NCBI GenBank assembly: GCA_964187785.1
Contig: OZ076409.1
Location: 84,508,001 to 84,572,000 of the forward strand
Source of the DNA: Amphiscolops sp. MND2022
Lineage: Eukaryota
Direction of reading: 5' to 3'
DNA: 64,000 bases
Shown here: positions 21,308 to 35,538 of the stretch, one piece after another
Layout: every line of letters begins with the position of its first letter
Numbering within the stretch: position 1 is the stretch's first letter
Program-made: the position numbers and the translations under genes
Notes under the pieces: generated by a model
Seen by the model: the letters and a program-made list of their open reading frames with translations, nothing else
The model's database searches: none
What the model was told of the DNA's origin: nothing

Positions 21308-23523
21308 CGGGAACACTGTTTGTTGCGACCACAAAGGGATCGTCTTAGGAAGCTTTCCTGAACTGTTTCAGATTTTCTAGCTCTCCGGTGTTTGACGCCA
21401 AGCCCGTTTCGACAATTTCTGAAGAATGGAGCGCAGGAAGTTTACCTGTTTTTAACCCTTGGTATGTCTCCTCAGGAAATCGAATGGTAGTCACCCAAAG
21501 AAACCCGGAATCCCCTTTTACATGTGTAATGTTGGCATTTTTGGAGAAAAATCAGTCTTTGTGAGTTATGATGTTGTGATCCCTCAGCTGCTTTTCTGTT
21601 AAAAGTACAATCGACGGTAGCACGTTGCTTCCAGTAGTTAACAGGTTGTTCTACCTATTTTCAGCTTTTTTGTGCTATATTAAAGGGCGTCAGATGGACG
21701 GCGCGCCGAATTCCACCCGAGCAATTGAGGGGTCAAAACGAGTGTTGCAGACTTTCCCTTCCATTTCTTGTGGAGACGTCTGAAAGGAGACGTCTGATTG
21801 GTTTTGGTGGAAAGCAAGAGCAAGTACTGACGGATCTAGTCCAAACGACGTGTTTCTAACTGGTCCGGATGTGGCGAATAAACGTAGCAATAATGCACTC
21901 CTTTTGATCAAATGTGTCGCTTCGATAGATTATTGTTCGAGAATATTTTAAAAAGCGCACAATTTCCAATGGGAATTTGTTTATGCAGGTCACTAACACC
22001 CTCCTACATTGTTACGAATTTTTCCCGTGCTTTTCTTGGTGAGAGCACTCGTGGTCTACACACCAAGTATAGAACGGTAAGAAGAGTGATTCAAAAACAG
22101 TCACAAGTCTCGAAAACATCGCCTATGACTGTAACGTCCACCAGTTCTACATTTGGATACATTAAAATGTCGAAATTAGAGCAAACGAATTTGTAAAAAA
22201 AGTTGAAAATGGGTCAATAGTCCACCCAAGAACCAATGTAACAGGGGTAAAACAGAATCTCTTCCCAAAACCTACCGAGTGGAACATTACACTAGGGCAC
22301 TAATTATGATTTTTACCGATATTTTGATCACCGGTGAAAGATTATTAGGGCAAAACTTTGACCAGTTTTGTACAATGCAGCGTACATTGCAAGGAGTCCT
22401 AAACTGAGTAACTTGTTCGAACCGGGGAATCTGTGAGTTCTCAAATTTTGTTTTTGCACAACAAGAAACGTGTGAAAACCGTATGCGAAAAATTCTATTC
22501 AGTGAGGAGAAAAAGGGAAAACGCACTGAAAAACTTTTTCGAAAAATAAAAAAGTCCTAAAATAAGAATCGGGTCATCGATTCAAAAATCCCGTTTCAGC
22601 GGTGGTTGCATCTTCGCAACCACCACGGAAACAGCCGCTAGTGTCGAAAATTTGGTGCACCAAAACGTTCACCAAAGTCGAGAAAAACTATCTAACGTTT
22701 TGTCTTCAGAAAAAAATAGAACCAAAAAGTCCAAAACTGTAAATTTGACAGTGCTTCGTTTCTAACGAGCACGGCTAACTAGGGATTACTTCCCGCGCTA
22801 CGGCCAGTGGGGCAACAAAGTGGCTCTGTTTTACCTGCCGTGACAATTTCTGGAGAGACCCTCTTAGCCAATATCAAAAAAATGCCAAAAATCACCCTTT
22901 AATTGAAAGGCTTGAGTACTTTAGTCAAATGGTTGGAGCTGCCTAGTGTCGTAGCCTGTGCTGGTTTATGTCGAGCCTATAAAACGAGCATACTAGCCCT
23001 TCGTCGTGGTCCGAGATTTTTGAGTATGCGTTAAAAACAGTATATACTGAAATCTGGGATACCGCAGGTCTGTATCGTGATGAAGTTTTTCTCAGACGCC
23101 GACGGCCAGATCGGCGATCAGTCCTGTGTACCTGTGTACTGACGAACCATTTACGTTTTTTCGGGCAACTCTAGAAAAATCAAAGAATACGGAAAAAAAC
23201 CTCTAGCATGTAACAGGAAGCTACTATCCCCAAAACTAAGCTTTTTTCTCGGGACCAGCATCCTTGAAGGAAAAATGGATAGGTGTGCAGAATCTGTTTC
23301 TCCTGAACGTTGTATGTTTCCCATCCTATTCCTCCATCTCTGCTAGCGAACTAAGCGCCATATTACAGCTTATTGTTATGAAATGTTGACATCATAAAAT
23401 ATGTAACAGTTTTGAAAGTACACGTTTTGTAGTTAGCGTTTTACGTGATCACCAAATTGTTTGGGGGCTAATTCATGATATACTTCGTTGAATTAAATGT
23501 GAGATAGAGTCCTCATCATCAAT

Positions 23524-24923
23524 ATGAGGCTATCGCAGGAAATGGACGCCATGATTTGCGTGGTGGATTTGGAAATTAAAGCTTTAAATTCAGCGATTTT
23601 TGAACGAGTGATCCCAGAGATACAAAATATCTTGAGTTCGATATCTTCAAGGAACAGGGACACTGAGTCGGATTTGTCATCAAACAATCAGGAAACTAAT
23701 AATGGTTTGCACGGGTTGAGAACTAAAATAATTTAAAAGGACTGTAGGTCGGCCTTTGATATGAGAGACATGGTGGACTTCGGTTCGTTCATAGTGACAG
23801 GAGCTACCGACACCCAACAGCAAACTCCTGAATTCCTGTCAGGACGAATCCACTCAAACCCGAACCTTGAGAGACAAGAATCGACTCACAACGTCTCTCT
23901 GGACACGACCCTGCCAGCCGCAGAGCCTGAGGTGCCTGAGACGCCTCAGGAACTTATCAACAGACTGGCCGACGTCCTTGTCAATCTGCAAAATAAACCA
24001 CAATCATTGACGATCAGACCGGTCATAATAAACTCAATGATATTTGATGGAAAGAGCAAAACATTCGTACTTTTCGAAGACTTGTTCAACACGATGATTA
24101 AAATGCAGCCTGCAATGACTAAACAACTGAAAATTAATCATTTCCACTCATTGCTGAGAAAAGGAGCCTTGCAGACATTCACGAACAAAAACGCAATCAT
24201 TCGTTAAAATTTAGAGGATGTGCTGGTCATATCCCGGAGGAAATATGTGTAACGGGTATCGCAAGGTACGGAAAAACACAAATGGCATAGGCTCAGCTCA
24301 TTTTTGAACCTAATGCCATGAAATTGCCGGACTTCTTGGAAGAATTAAAAACCAAAGCGCTTAAAAATCTTTTGGTGAAAACGCCAAAAACAGATGAGTG
24401 ACAGTATAATTGTTGTACGCTAAATTGCCTCCAAAACGGAAAAGATCTGTCAACATGGCCCGCCTGGAGAACGGGACCTACAAGGAGATTGTAGCACATC
24501 TAGAAAGAAAGCTAGAACTCAACACATTGGAGGAATCAGATGACCTACCAATGGCCACCATGTAGCCACAACTTGCTGTCCAATGGTATTGACACGAACA
24601 AGGATGCTCAATGCTCTTATTCTAAAGCAATTTTCCATTTTCGGAAAAACTGTCCGCAGTTGAAAAAGAAGAAAGAAATGGAGAAAAGTGGCAACAAACC
24701 ACATCGACAAACATACGCGCCATGTGAAACCTGTGGCAAAAAGAATCACCCAACAGAATGCTGTTGGCAGAACGCTGGCGCTCCTTTACGTCCTAAAAGG
24801 ACCCGACCCATAGATAAAACCAATGATGCCTCAAGCAATGAACGAACATCCAAGAAGGCCAACAACGTTGAAACGTCCACTTCAGGTCAGTCCAACTCAA
24901 AAAAGCGTGATTCAAAATACTAA
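23524..24923 (+). pseudogene. gag: gag pseudogene of element 2
   Basis: Fragments 23524-23736, 23761-24207 and 24540-24923 align to element 1 Gag, with stops and frameshifts. Confidence 0.9.
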
Positions 24924-24925
24924 TT

Positions 24926-27900
24926 TTGCCACGACTCCAAATACATGACCGTATGTCGGTTCGACAATATGTCATATCAGATACTCCAACAATTAAATTC
25001 ATCCAATCTATCAAAGACACCAATGGCACCCCATCCGTTGTCTGGCAGCAACAGATGGAACAGGCCTATAACAAAACCTATAAAATAGTTCATAATGATC
25101 GCCCAGACCGATACAACGAAATGGACTATACTTTGCGAGAGACTCAATTACGCCCTTTACAATTGATCGAAGATTACAACCCTCATTACTTTGACACTGA
25201 CCCCGGAAAAGATCCGTACTGGGACGATTCTTTATATGACCAAATGAACTTACACTTCCGCCGTGATGACTATCCTCCAACAGACGATGAGGACGATCCT
25301 GCCATTGCAGACAATAAACTATCCAGAACCGTCATTGAGCCTTGGCAGCCAAACCCTGATCAAATTACCTTGGAGGAAACACAGGGATGTCAATATGAGG
25401 AAGAAGACCAGGAGGGACATAGCCTCTTTGATGAGAAGGCTTTCCTTCATGTCCTAGTCGCAAAGCAAGGCGAGCCATCATTTGTATCCTTATCAACAAA
25501 CCTCGGACTTAAATACCAACGACAGATGTTTTATTTCTCGATGGACTTTGGAGAAGTAACCATTGACGGACCCATTGACACAGGGGCCCTTACGAGCGCA
25601 ATACCAGCGACTGAATGTACGAAAAAACTCCTTCTAGCCCTACTATCCATAGCGAAGGTGGGACCAGCCCCAACTTTTCAAATTATTGTCGCAAATGGTC
25701 AACTAGAAGCCCCGAAAAGCACCGTTGAAATAATATTCGAAAATGGAGACATTGACGTCCATGAAATTTTAATTGTGATGGAGAAACTCACTGGTCCAAT
25801 CATAGGACGAATGTTTGTATAGAGAAACCACAATGTCCTGGACATGCGACAAGGCATCCCAAACTTTCCTTACTTTTCAATGCAATTAAAAACAGCTGAC
25901 CGTAAGTACTTGAACGTCATGGAGCACATATTGTGCCCTGAGGATTCCACTATTCGTCCAAACGACCGAATGGTCATTCCTGTCAAATCCACACTGTACG
26001 CTGAAAATACCGTCACAGGGATTTTGCAACCAAGCGAATTCCTATATGATGAAGGTGATGTATCCTTTCGTGTTGCGATAGTTACCCTCTTAGAAGGGAC
26101 AATGGTGATACCAATCAACAATTTCACGGATCAACTTTTTAAACACAAAAAGGGTCTGCACATTGCGAATTGCTCAGTAAGGACCCCAGACCAAATGAAA
26201 CACGTAAAGCCAGTGGACCCAGTGTCCACACTGCATTTGCTGAATGAGAACGAGGATGATGCAGTCTGCTACATTAGTAGTCTGCTCAAAGCTAACTGCA
26301 ACAATGACCAACATGAACAATATTGGTTTCCGACACGAGAACATCCAGGAGACGAGGAGTGACACACGCCAAAATAGAAACGAATCATCAAAGAGTTGCG
26401 CATCTTGCAAGAAGCGGAAAAACTAAATCCGAACGATGACGAAATGTCTCGTCGCAAAATCATTAGCAACATTGATTGGAAAGACGAATGAGATCGAACG
26501 TCTTATATCACTTTTGGCAGAATTCCATGAAATCTTTAGCCGACATAAATTTGACATCGCGTAGAACGTAAAATTCACTGTCAAACTAACCCAATAAAAC
26601 CGTTCATCTGTACATAGTTAAAGTTTGCCCACCCCGATCAATTTAAAGCAGGACATACTACTTGAGTTGGCGTCATTCCATAAGTATGGCATTTTTACAA
26701 CTCTTCCATTTTCCAATTAAGCGAGCCCCATATTTGCGCAGAAAAAGCCCAATGCAAAACCAATATTAACAATAATCACCCTGACGGATGGACGCAGCGC
26801 AACACATTGTGGAAAAAATTTTTCCGTATACTTGATTGCCCGCAGGCCTACCATTGTCTCCAAATGGCGGACAAAGGGTCCATTGAAATGCTGGCCTTCA
26901 AAGTCGCAAGTAGGACGTTCGCCTACAGGAGACTGGCTCGAGTACTCAGCAGACCTCCATCGGCCATTTCCAGCTTCATGAGGGAATATTTAGACCGAGT
27001 CATTAAAGCAGATCAATGCACCCAATATGTCGACAACATCGGCATTGCAGCCAACGATGCCAATCAACTCATCAAAAACTTGAGGGCGACTTTTGAATGC
27101 ATCAGAAAAGCAGGACTAAAACTAGCAATACACGAGTGCCACTTTGGCGCATCCGACATCGACTTCTTGGGAAAAACCGTCACCGCAGAAGGTGTCAAAC
27201 CCCAAAAAGAAAGAATCACCAACTTCTTGGAGAAAACAAAATTTCCAAAATGCAAAAAGGCTCTTCAACGATGTCTTGGTCTTCTCAATTACTACCGGAA
27301 TTATAGTCAAAGAATATCAGAAAAACTGGCACCATTCTTCCATCTCCTCTAAAAGCACGAGAAAGACTTAGTAACCACGGAACTGACACAACAACTTAAC
27401 GAAATTAACCAGGACCTTGACAGGTGTAGCCAGCTGACCATGAACCTACCACTGCCAAACAAACAACTGCTCTTAATGTCAGACGCAAGTTCTACCGCAG
27501 CCAGTTATGCCATTCTGACTGAAGACGACCCGAATCAAAAGTACACTTCTGACAAAAGGTGCTACGCTCCAACAGCCTGGGGATCAAAAACATTGACTCC
27601 CTCGCAGCTGAAAATGTCGATATATGCAAAGGAGTTCTTAGCCATATATTACGCCCTCAAGTAATTCCCACACACTTTCTGGGAAGCACGAAAACCGATA
27701 ATTATTCTTACAGGCACGGTCACGAGGTTTTTCCTGACATAAAAACCACCGCCACTCTGGAATGCCTGCGATTGCGTGATACAATTCAGTTTTAGCATAG
27801 CTCACATTCCAGGAAAGAATAACACAGCTGCGGACTACCTGTCCCGTATGGAAATGTATCCCTGGATGAAAAATTGATCCTAAAAAAACGCGAAGATGTT

Positions 27901-29390
27901 AAAACTAGACACATTGAGGTATAGGTCCAATTGGCCGGCGTGTCAGAGGAGGAACAAGTATTCTTCACTGAAGAAGGAGACGAGACAGATCCAGTCTCCC
28001 AAGTTGGGATCGCAAGGGATTGTCCAAAAAAGAAAATATGGCTGACGAGACCTTAATAAAAATCGATGCAATATCTGAAAACAACGTGGATGAAATCACT
28101 GATTTCACCCAGAAATTACGACGAACTAACCAGATACTGTTGGAGCAAGCTAGAGATCCTATTTTGCTTCAACTTTAGGCGAAAGCCCAGAGAGAAGGGT
28201 AATCCGAGGAAATTCTCCAACAGGAAATTCGGTACAAAAATTATTCGAATAATATGGACCGTATAGTCCTCAAGGACGAAGTAATAACAAGGCAATACTA
28301 TGATGAAACTGGTCAAATTAAATATCATCAAATACTACTGCCTATTCGCTTGCTAAAAGAATTGTTACACGCCCTATATGTCACGGCACACAAACTTCTT
28401 GGCATATCAAAATTGTTACAGCAAATTCGACAAAAATACAACTACCGAGGAATAGCAAAACCTGTCAAACGATGGGTAGAGGGCTGTGAAACTTGTGCCA
28501 AGGACAAACGTGTTCCAAACAACGCAATAACGCCTGAATTGCTCAATTTGCAAGAATGGGACCTTGGACCAGAAGATGTCATGCATATCAATTTACTGCC
28601 TAATTTACCGACCAACGGTGGATGCCAGACAGTAATTGATGTTTTTTCAAGATACCTGTTTGCCTATCCTTTAATTGAGGCGACAGCTACAAGTGTAGAC
28701 AAAGTGACAATTCATATCAAGACGAAACACTCATATTTGTCGACGACTATCATCACAGAAAAGGGGTCTGCATTCACGTCAACTTTAGTAGCAGAAACCC
28801 ACACTTCGGGGATGACAATTAAATGTGCTGATTTTAACCACCTGGGAACAATTCGCAAGTTGGAAAGTACACATGCCTCTCTCATGACAAACGCGATGGA
28901 ATATCAACGGAATATCGACCTCAATGGTATTAATACTTGCCACTTGCAGTACTAAAGTACAATACTACGTATCAACCTACTATCGGATGTGAGCCCTGGT
29001 ATTCCCTGGACGCATTCCCTACAACGTCTTAGATCACAAGTTAGCAATTGTTACTAATAAAGGTTTCCTGCCAACCACTGAAAAAAGTACAGCAAACGAC
29101 TCTAGTCCGGATCGACAAAACAAAAAAACTATATTGCAGTCATATTTTAAACACAAAGATTATTATGACAAGGAGGCCAAAGCTGCTCCGCTTAAAGAAA
29201 AGGATTTCTGTTTTATCCTTCAACCAAAAGCTGACAGCCAAGGATCGAAAATCTCGTGCCCAAAATATCGGTGAATGAAAATTTTGAAGCAATTTTGAGC
29301 CCTAGAGGAGGGAAATGTAATCTTTGACCTTACGCCACCCCCAACTATACACTGATGAATACAGATACTAGTCAGACATGTAAATTAAGG
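24926..29390 (+). pseudogene. pol: pol pseudogene of element 2
   Basis: Fragments with PIDTGA (protease), QYVDNIG (RT), MSDAS (RNase H) and integrase remnants; many stops. C-terminal tail RGGKCNL*PYATPNYTDEYRY near 29300-29370. Confidence 0.92.
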
Positions 29391-29559
29391 TCCCAATTTT
29401 AACTGTACGGATTAAATTTAAGGGACTGTACTGACTACTCGACGTATAATACTCAAACGGTTTAAATGCAAAACAAAAAGATGGAACGGAAATGATATAG
29501 TTGGTACACGAAAGGTATCTACAATAGAACGAGAATGGACAAATGTACTCTATGTACAT

Positions 29560-30706
29560 TTAAGATTTAGACGAGCTTGGTGTGGTTCCCTCAGTGGCCT
29601 TTGCTCCCTTGGAAGATGTAGTCGCACTAAGACAACTTTCTTGCCTTTGGCTGGCGACTGTTTTCGTTGTTTGCTCCCAACACTGGATGAAGAAGTTGCT
29701 ACAGACTCGGCGTCCGGTTCTGCTCTCCCCCCCAAGGTCTTCTAAACGGAGCTCACGTCTTTGTGGAAGCTAGCTTTCCCAAAATTGTCGACGTGGGACC
29801 ATGGGTCTCCAGCCACATTGCCATTACTGAATCGAGCATCGGGATCCCGGAATGTCCCTAAAGAGGCTTCGGTAGTACACATAGGCACATAGTCTGCAAC
29901 ATTCGAAAGATAGGACTGCCCCGGCTTTATAACGTCAAAAAGACGGCTTCCTGGCTCACTACAGTCGACCCCAGGGAATTTGACAAATGTTAGTTCTGGT
30001 AATTTGGCTGTTCAACAAAGGCAGCTTAACCGGAAAATGTAGAATAGATGCTTTCGCATCCGCAGCTCAGGCATGTCAATCAGGGAAGAAACCATATCAG
30101 TGCAAACTTCCGGGGTGTCCTTCATTCCAGAATAAGTTTCTCGGAAGTGGTCCAGGAACTCAACATATTCATCTCGAGCGTCCGATTGTGGCGAATTGAC
30201 CAACCACCCTCAGAAACTAAAAGATTGATATAAGGCAGAGAAACAATATGTCGCCTGGTCAACAGGGAGGCTCAGGAGGACCACAGGGTCGACGCTGTTT
30301 ATTCCCCGAACAATACCTGCGTTCAGGCTGATGTCTGCTGAAAGACCTCCAACAAGAAGACCAAATAACTACGGGCTTTGGAGGCAAATTCATCTCGAGT
30401 AACTTCGATGGCAGCTTCTAACTCTGAGGAAGTCAACTTCTTCTCCCTGTTTTCCTTTTCGATCCGGGCGCGACATGCCCCGTCCAAATCAACTTTCAGT
30501 TTCGGACGTTGCAGGAAGTCACGATTTGAAAGCTGCCGTAACGCTTGTCCTCGCAAATCGCCCAGAGCCTTCAGTCGAGTATCCCTGGCACATGCTTAGG
30601 AAGGAGGGCACTAGTACACCTTTCCGGATAATTTGGTGTAACTCACGATAAATGAAGATCCCAGTGTCTCTTCGCCGGGCAAGACTGTCCTGGAAACTCT
30701 TGGTAT
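29560..30706 (-). pseudogene. Last exon of the antisense accessory gene in element 2
   Basis: Fragments TKSFQDSLARRRDTG, LRQLSNRDFL, ARDEYVEFLDHF and HLFYIFRLSCLC match element 1 exon 5. Preceded by acceptor TTCTTCAG at the homologous position; ends SSSKS*. Confidence 0.88.
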
Positions 30707-31186
30707 CTGAAGAAACGAACTTACATATGCACAAACATTCTCTAATGAGATCATTATGAGGCTATCGCAGGATATGGACGTCATGATGTCCAAGATGCAT
30801 TCGCAAATTAAAAGAGCTAAAAATTCAGCAATTTTTTAAAGAGTGATCCCAGAGATACAAAATATCATGAGCTCGATATCTTCAGGGGACAGGGACATCG
30901 AGTCGGGTTTGTCATCAAACAATCAGGCAAATAATAATGGTTTGATTGGGTTGAGAACTAAAATTACAAAAAAGGACTGTATGTCATTGATCTGAGAGGC
31001 ACGGAGGACCTTGGGTGTCACAGTATCCTAGTGTATGTTACTGACAATAGTTGGTCGAACGACTAACAAAAAATGTTCCATGACGGAAACTCAAGTCGAC
31101 CCTCAGCAAACTGGAAGCTATGCCTGTTTTCGTGCTTTCCTGAACCGTTCCGCACAAACTTTGTGATTTTCGCGTTGACTGCTTCT

Positions 31187-33680
31187 ACAAGAAACCCGCA
31201 GACTAGCAGGATATTTTCCGTCCCAACTGTTCCAGCAATGACATGTTTTTGAAGCTCAAGAGTAGCTATTGCACTATGAAAACGCATAGAGGTTTGATGA
31301 AAAAAGGTTGACACTTTTTGAAAAATGTCATGCCATTTCAGAAGGGAACACTTCAAGAAGACACCACACACCTATTTGGTTTTTCCTCAGATTGTGTGTA
31401 TTCCAAAACCTAACCAATCGATTTTTCTTTAAGTTTGCGCGAACTCGCCAAAAATGTCAAAATTTCTACAAATTTGCTTTTTTGACAACTTTGCGGTCAT
31501 TTGAGGAACTTTTATAAGAAATTGTAGATGTCTTATTAAAACGCCTATTGGATAACGGGTTCAGTCGTTCTTGAATAACAAAATTGCTCGGAATATTTGC
31601 AAAAAAGTATATCAACATTTCAAAAACAAAAATTTGATTTTCACTAAATTTCAAGTCGTTCTGACGAACTTTTTGCATACACAATTGTTGATTTCTTTTT
31701 TTTAAAAAAAATTTTGCATACCTTTTCCAAAAGGTTAGATTTCTGTACTATTAAGAAGTTTTGGTAACTTTCAATAGAAATTCACTAATTTGTCGAACAA
31801 CTGCCAAAATTTGTTTTCTTTTTCGACTATTTTGAGGTCATTTTGAGACTCTTTTCTAACGTGAAAATGCAATTCACCTTCAAAAACCTACTGAATAACG
31901 CATTTGTTCGCTGTTGAGGGTTTCCTGTCTTCCAACGATGGAAACTTCTCAAAAAATTCAGAACTTTGCATAAAAAAGTTTGAATTCAGATTTTTTATTT
32001 CCGTCTCATCAGGGTCACATTTGAAGTACTTTTGAAGCAAAATACTGCAACTCTCTTCAAAATAGCATACTTCATAGCTAGGTTTTTTGTTTTCGAGTGT
32101 TTTGAGTTTTCCTAGTCACAAAAACATTCAAATTTGAACACAAACTGCAGAAAAACTACAAATTTGAAGTTTTTTAGATGTGAGGCACTGTAATTTTCTC
32201 ATCAAGAAGGGAAACTACATACATGAATTTGTCGCCTTTGATTGTTTCGAACCATCTAACTCAACAAATTCTTAAAAATTGTACCCAAATAACGTTTGAT
32301 CCTGCATAACCTGGAACTTTGTGGGGATTTTGACAATTTTTGAGTCAAATTGAAGCACGTTTGTTACCAGAAACTGGCACTTATCCCATGAAAAAGCCCA
32401 CCTGGGAACGCTTTCAGTTGTTGTTGAAACGTTTCGGAGTTCTAATCCATGAAAATGTTGAAACGTTTACAAAAATTGCGTTGTAAAGGAAATAAATGTA
32501 AAAAAGTAAGATTTTTTGACTATTTCGAGCTCCATGTGGCAATTCTTAACGAAACTGCATTTTTCTCCGCAAACAACCCTATTAGACAGCGAAATCATTC
32601 GTGGATGAATGTATTCAACGTTCTGATCCATGAAATCTTTAGAAATTTGACAAAAGTTTCATGAAAACGTGAAAAATTGGTAGTTTTTGAAGTTTGTGTC
32701 ATTTTCGGTCGCTAATTGTGCGTTTTTTTTTCATTACAAAACTTCGTTCATTTCCTAAAAAAGCCTTCCTGACGATCAATTTGTTCCTTGTTGAACGTCT
32801 TTGAAACTCTGAGCCACCAAGGTTTTCCAAAATTACACAAAAACTGCCTAATGTTTTCAAAATTTGAATATTTTTGTGTTTTTGTCAATTTCGGTCAAAA
32901 TTTGATGCATTTTTTCAACACCAATTGCTTTTATCTCTTCAAAGAAGCAACCACGACAATGCATTTGTTCCTAACTGAACGTCTTCAACATTCTAAGCCA
33001 CCAAGTTGTTCGAAAAGTACACAAAAACTGCATAAACGTTTCAAAATTTCGGTCCAAATTTGATGCTTTTTTTCAACATAAATTGCTTTTATCTCTTCAA
33101 AGAAGCCTCCCGGACAACGAATTTTTTCCTTGTTCAACGTCTTTGACATTCTAAGCCACCAAGTTCTTTCGAAAAATAGACGAAAATTGCATAAAATTTT
33201 CAAAATTCTGAATTTTTGAGTATTTTTGTGAATTTGGGTCTAAATTTGAGGCATTTTTTCATTTAAAAATTGCATTTATTTCTTTGAAAAAGCCTCGGAT
33301 AACAATTTTTTCTTTGGATTGTTTTCAACATTCAAAGCCAGGAAATTTATCGATAATTTGACAAAAATTGAATAAAATTGGAAAATTTTGCAGTTTTTAC
33401 TATTTTTGGGGTCATTTTTTGGTCATTCTGGGGTCTTTGGGGTCAATTAAAAAAGTCCAAAAATCTCAACAAAGACATACCGCATGATACTAATTTTACA
33501 TCAGTTGAATTCTATGGGTGAAACCCTTTAGCTAGGATATAATTTAATTCTTGGCAAATTTTGTAAAAAAAAACCGTTTGATTTAAATATTTTCCTTTTC
33601 CATATGAAATATGGACGGAAAATTTTAAAAAACCGTTTGATTTAAATATTTTATTTTTCCATATGAAATATGGACGGAGA
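31187..33680 (-). mobile_element. HINE/DINE-1-like non-autonomous element, family B, with ~175-180 bp internal subrepeats
   Basis: Minus-strand 3' end GGGACGGAAAATATCCTGCTAGTCTGCGGGTTTCTTGT. The 5' end TTTTCCGTCCATATTTCATATGGAAAAGGAAAA is locally duplicated (~33570-33680). Matches the termini of 35539-36487. Confidence 0.6.
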
Positions 33681-35538
33681 ATAAAAATGTTTCGAACTTT
33701 TGTGAGATTAAATGTGTTTTAAAATTAAGATTGATGTTAAATCTTAATGATGATGATTCTTATCTTGATATCTCTCCTGCTGCTTGGATACAGTTGAGTT
33801 GGTATATTGATTCAAAATCATCATTTCTCCCAGATATTTTTCAATTTGAATTCGCTGACATTCAGATTTCTTGTTGAACAGCTATTAATCTGATTTTCTG
33901 TATGTATTGTTTTCTGTCTACGCCCTGACAAGTGTTCAATCTTTTTTTTTCACTTCAGAGGGTCAATGTGAAACTGGAGTAACATCAAAACAGAATTATG
34001 CGGTTGAAGAATTATCTGGATTGTTTTGGCCGGACTATACTGGTCAGTCATTCACATGGCTGTAGAACATATTGCAAGACTTCACGCTAAAGGCTTTCCA
34101 ATTGTCGAGTTCGTTTTTTATTCCAAAACGAAACAACTTTTTTGAATGTTGCGATCGTTTGTTCTCTAATTAAACACTGAACTTTAATTATTGTTGAATA
34201 ATGGAAAAAATATTTCCATCAGTTCTGTGAAGATACCTACATGTACATATACGAGGTATTTGGTCACAGAACACTTGACACGAAAAATATTTGCGATGCA
34301 TGTGACAAAAGTGGCACTCGTTTTTCAGTTTCAACGGAACTGTAATGGCACATATGTGCCGCAAACTATTCAAACACAATTACATTAACAGAGCAGGCAG
34401 AGAAGTGAATAGTTGACTTGTTCATGGCGTTTTTTTTTCAATTTTGTTCCGCTTTGTAAGCACCAACGTGTAACTAACAGCTAAGACAAAGTCACAGCGG
34501 AACCATTCCTAAGATCGAAAACGTTTGACTGCTGTTGTCAACCGTGAAAACTTAACATTACAAAAGTTAAGCTTCCTAGATGCTTCTTTGAGCGCTGATA
34601 CGTTTTTTAAAAAACAAAAAACGTATCAGGTTGATGATATCACAATGTTTGCATTTTGGTACATCACTCCTTTTTGTGGTAAACACCGCAGAATGTGTTA
34701 CGGTTCATAGTAAGAAACATTTGTTTTCTACCAAACTCCATTTTTTCCAAAACTTCCAAAACACATTCATATCATAAATTGTCAACTCGAAATGTCTGAC
34801 TAAATAATTTTTGGTCCAAAAAAGTATGTACATACGCCATACATTATTAGTTTATTCGTAAGTTCGCTATAGGCCTTTACTGTGCGATATTGTATATAAT
34901 AGGTATTTTTGTGCACAGTATTCCATTCTAAATTCCTTCCTTCCTTTCATACAAAATTTAATAGCAAATTGCTTCATAAAAATGTCTTTTCGGAAGCATG
35001 ACGTTTCATGGGTTGAGCAGACGTATGGAAATGACAATACTTGAGCCAAAGAAAAATGTTGGAAATATGAATTTGATAGATTTATCGATTTTTCCGTTCC
35101 CAGCACGTAACATTGATTTGATGACTCAAAGGAGAATAAATTATTTCCTAAAATGGAAACGCATTCCACTGAACGATGGAATCTTTCGACTCAATCGCAC
35201 TTGGCTCTTTTTAGAAATTCTTTTTCAAATTTTCATTCAAATTTTAAAGTGAATTTCGTTGTTTTTTGTATATAATCATATATTGAAATATTTTGAAAGA
35301 CCTTCTTATGTTTGTGCATCGGTGGAACTTTTCCACTCATGCCTTGTATTCTATTATATCCATGAAATCATATATTTCCACGCAGATAATTGTACGTAAC
35401 CATGTAGTTCGAACCACATGGTTCCGTACAATCATGTGGATCCACGTCGAATCATGTGGTTCTATGCATTTCCATGTATGGAAATGACATGAAGTCATCT
35501 TATGCATAAGACGTCTCTATTTATGGTATTATTTATTA

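Larger units (their letters stand above)
23520..31022 (+). mobile_element. Decayed, internally deleted LTR retrotransposon (element 2), close relative of element 1
   Basis: LTR 3' remnants at ~23520-23791 and ~30757-31022 (both encode RLSQ(E/D)MD...; both end in CA). Degenerate PBS TAGTGACAGGAG at 23792. Fragmented gag/pol highly similar to element 1, plus an antisense gene remnant. Confidence 0.9.

Noticed and set aside
33959..34065. Possible terminal exon after a strong acceptor (TTTTTTTTTCACTTCAG; ..GQCETGVTSKQNYAVEELSGLFWPDYTGQSFTWL*)
   Set aside because: No partner exons or homology recognisable; insufficient support.
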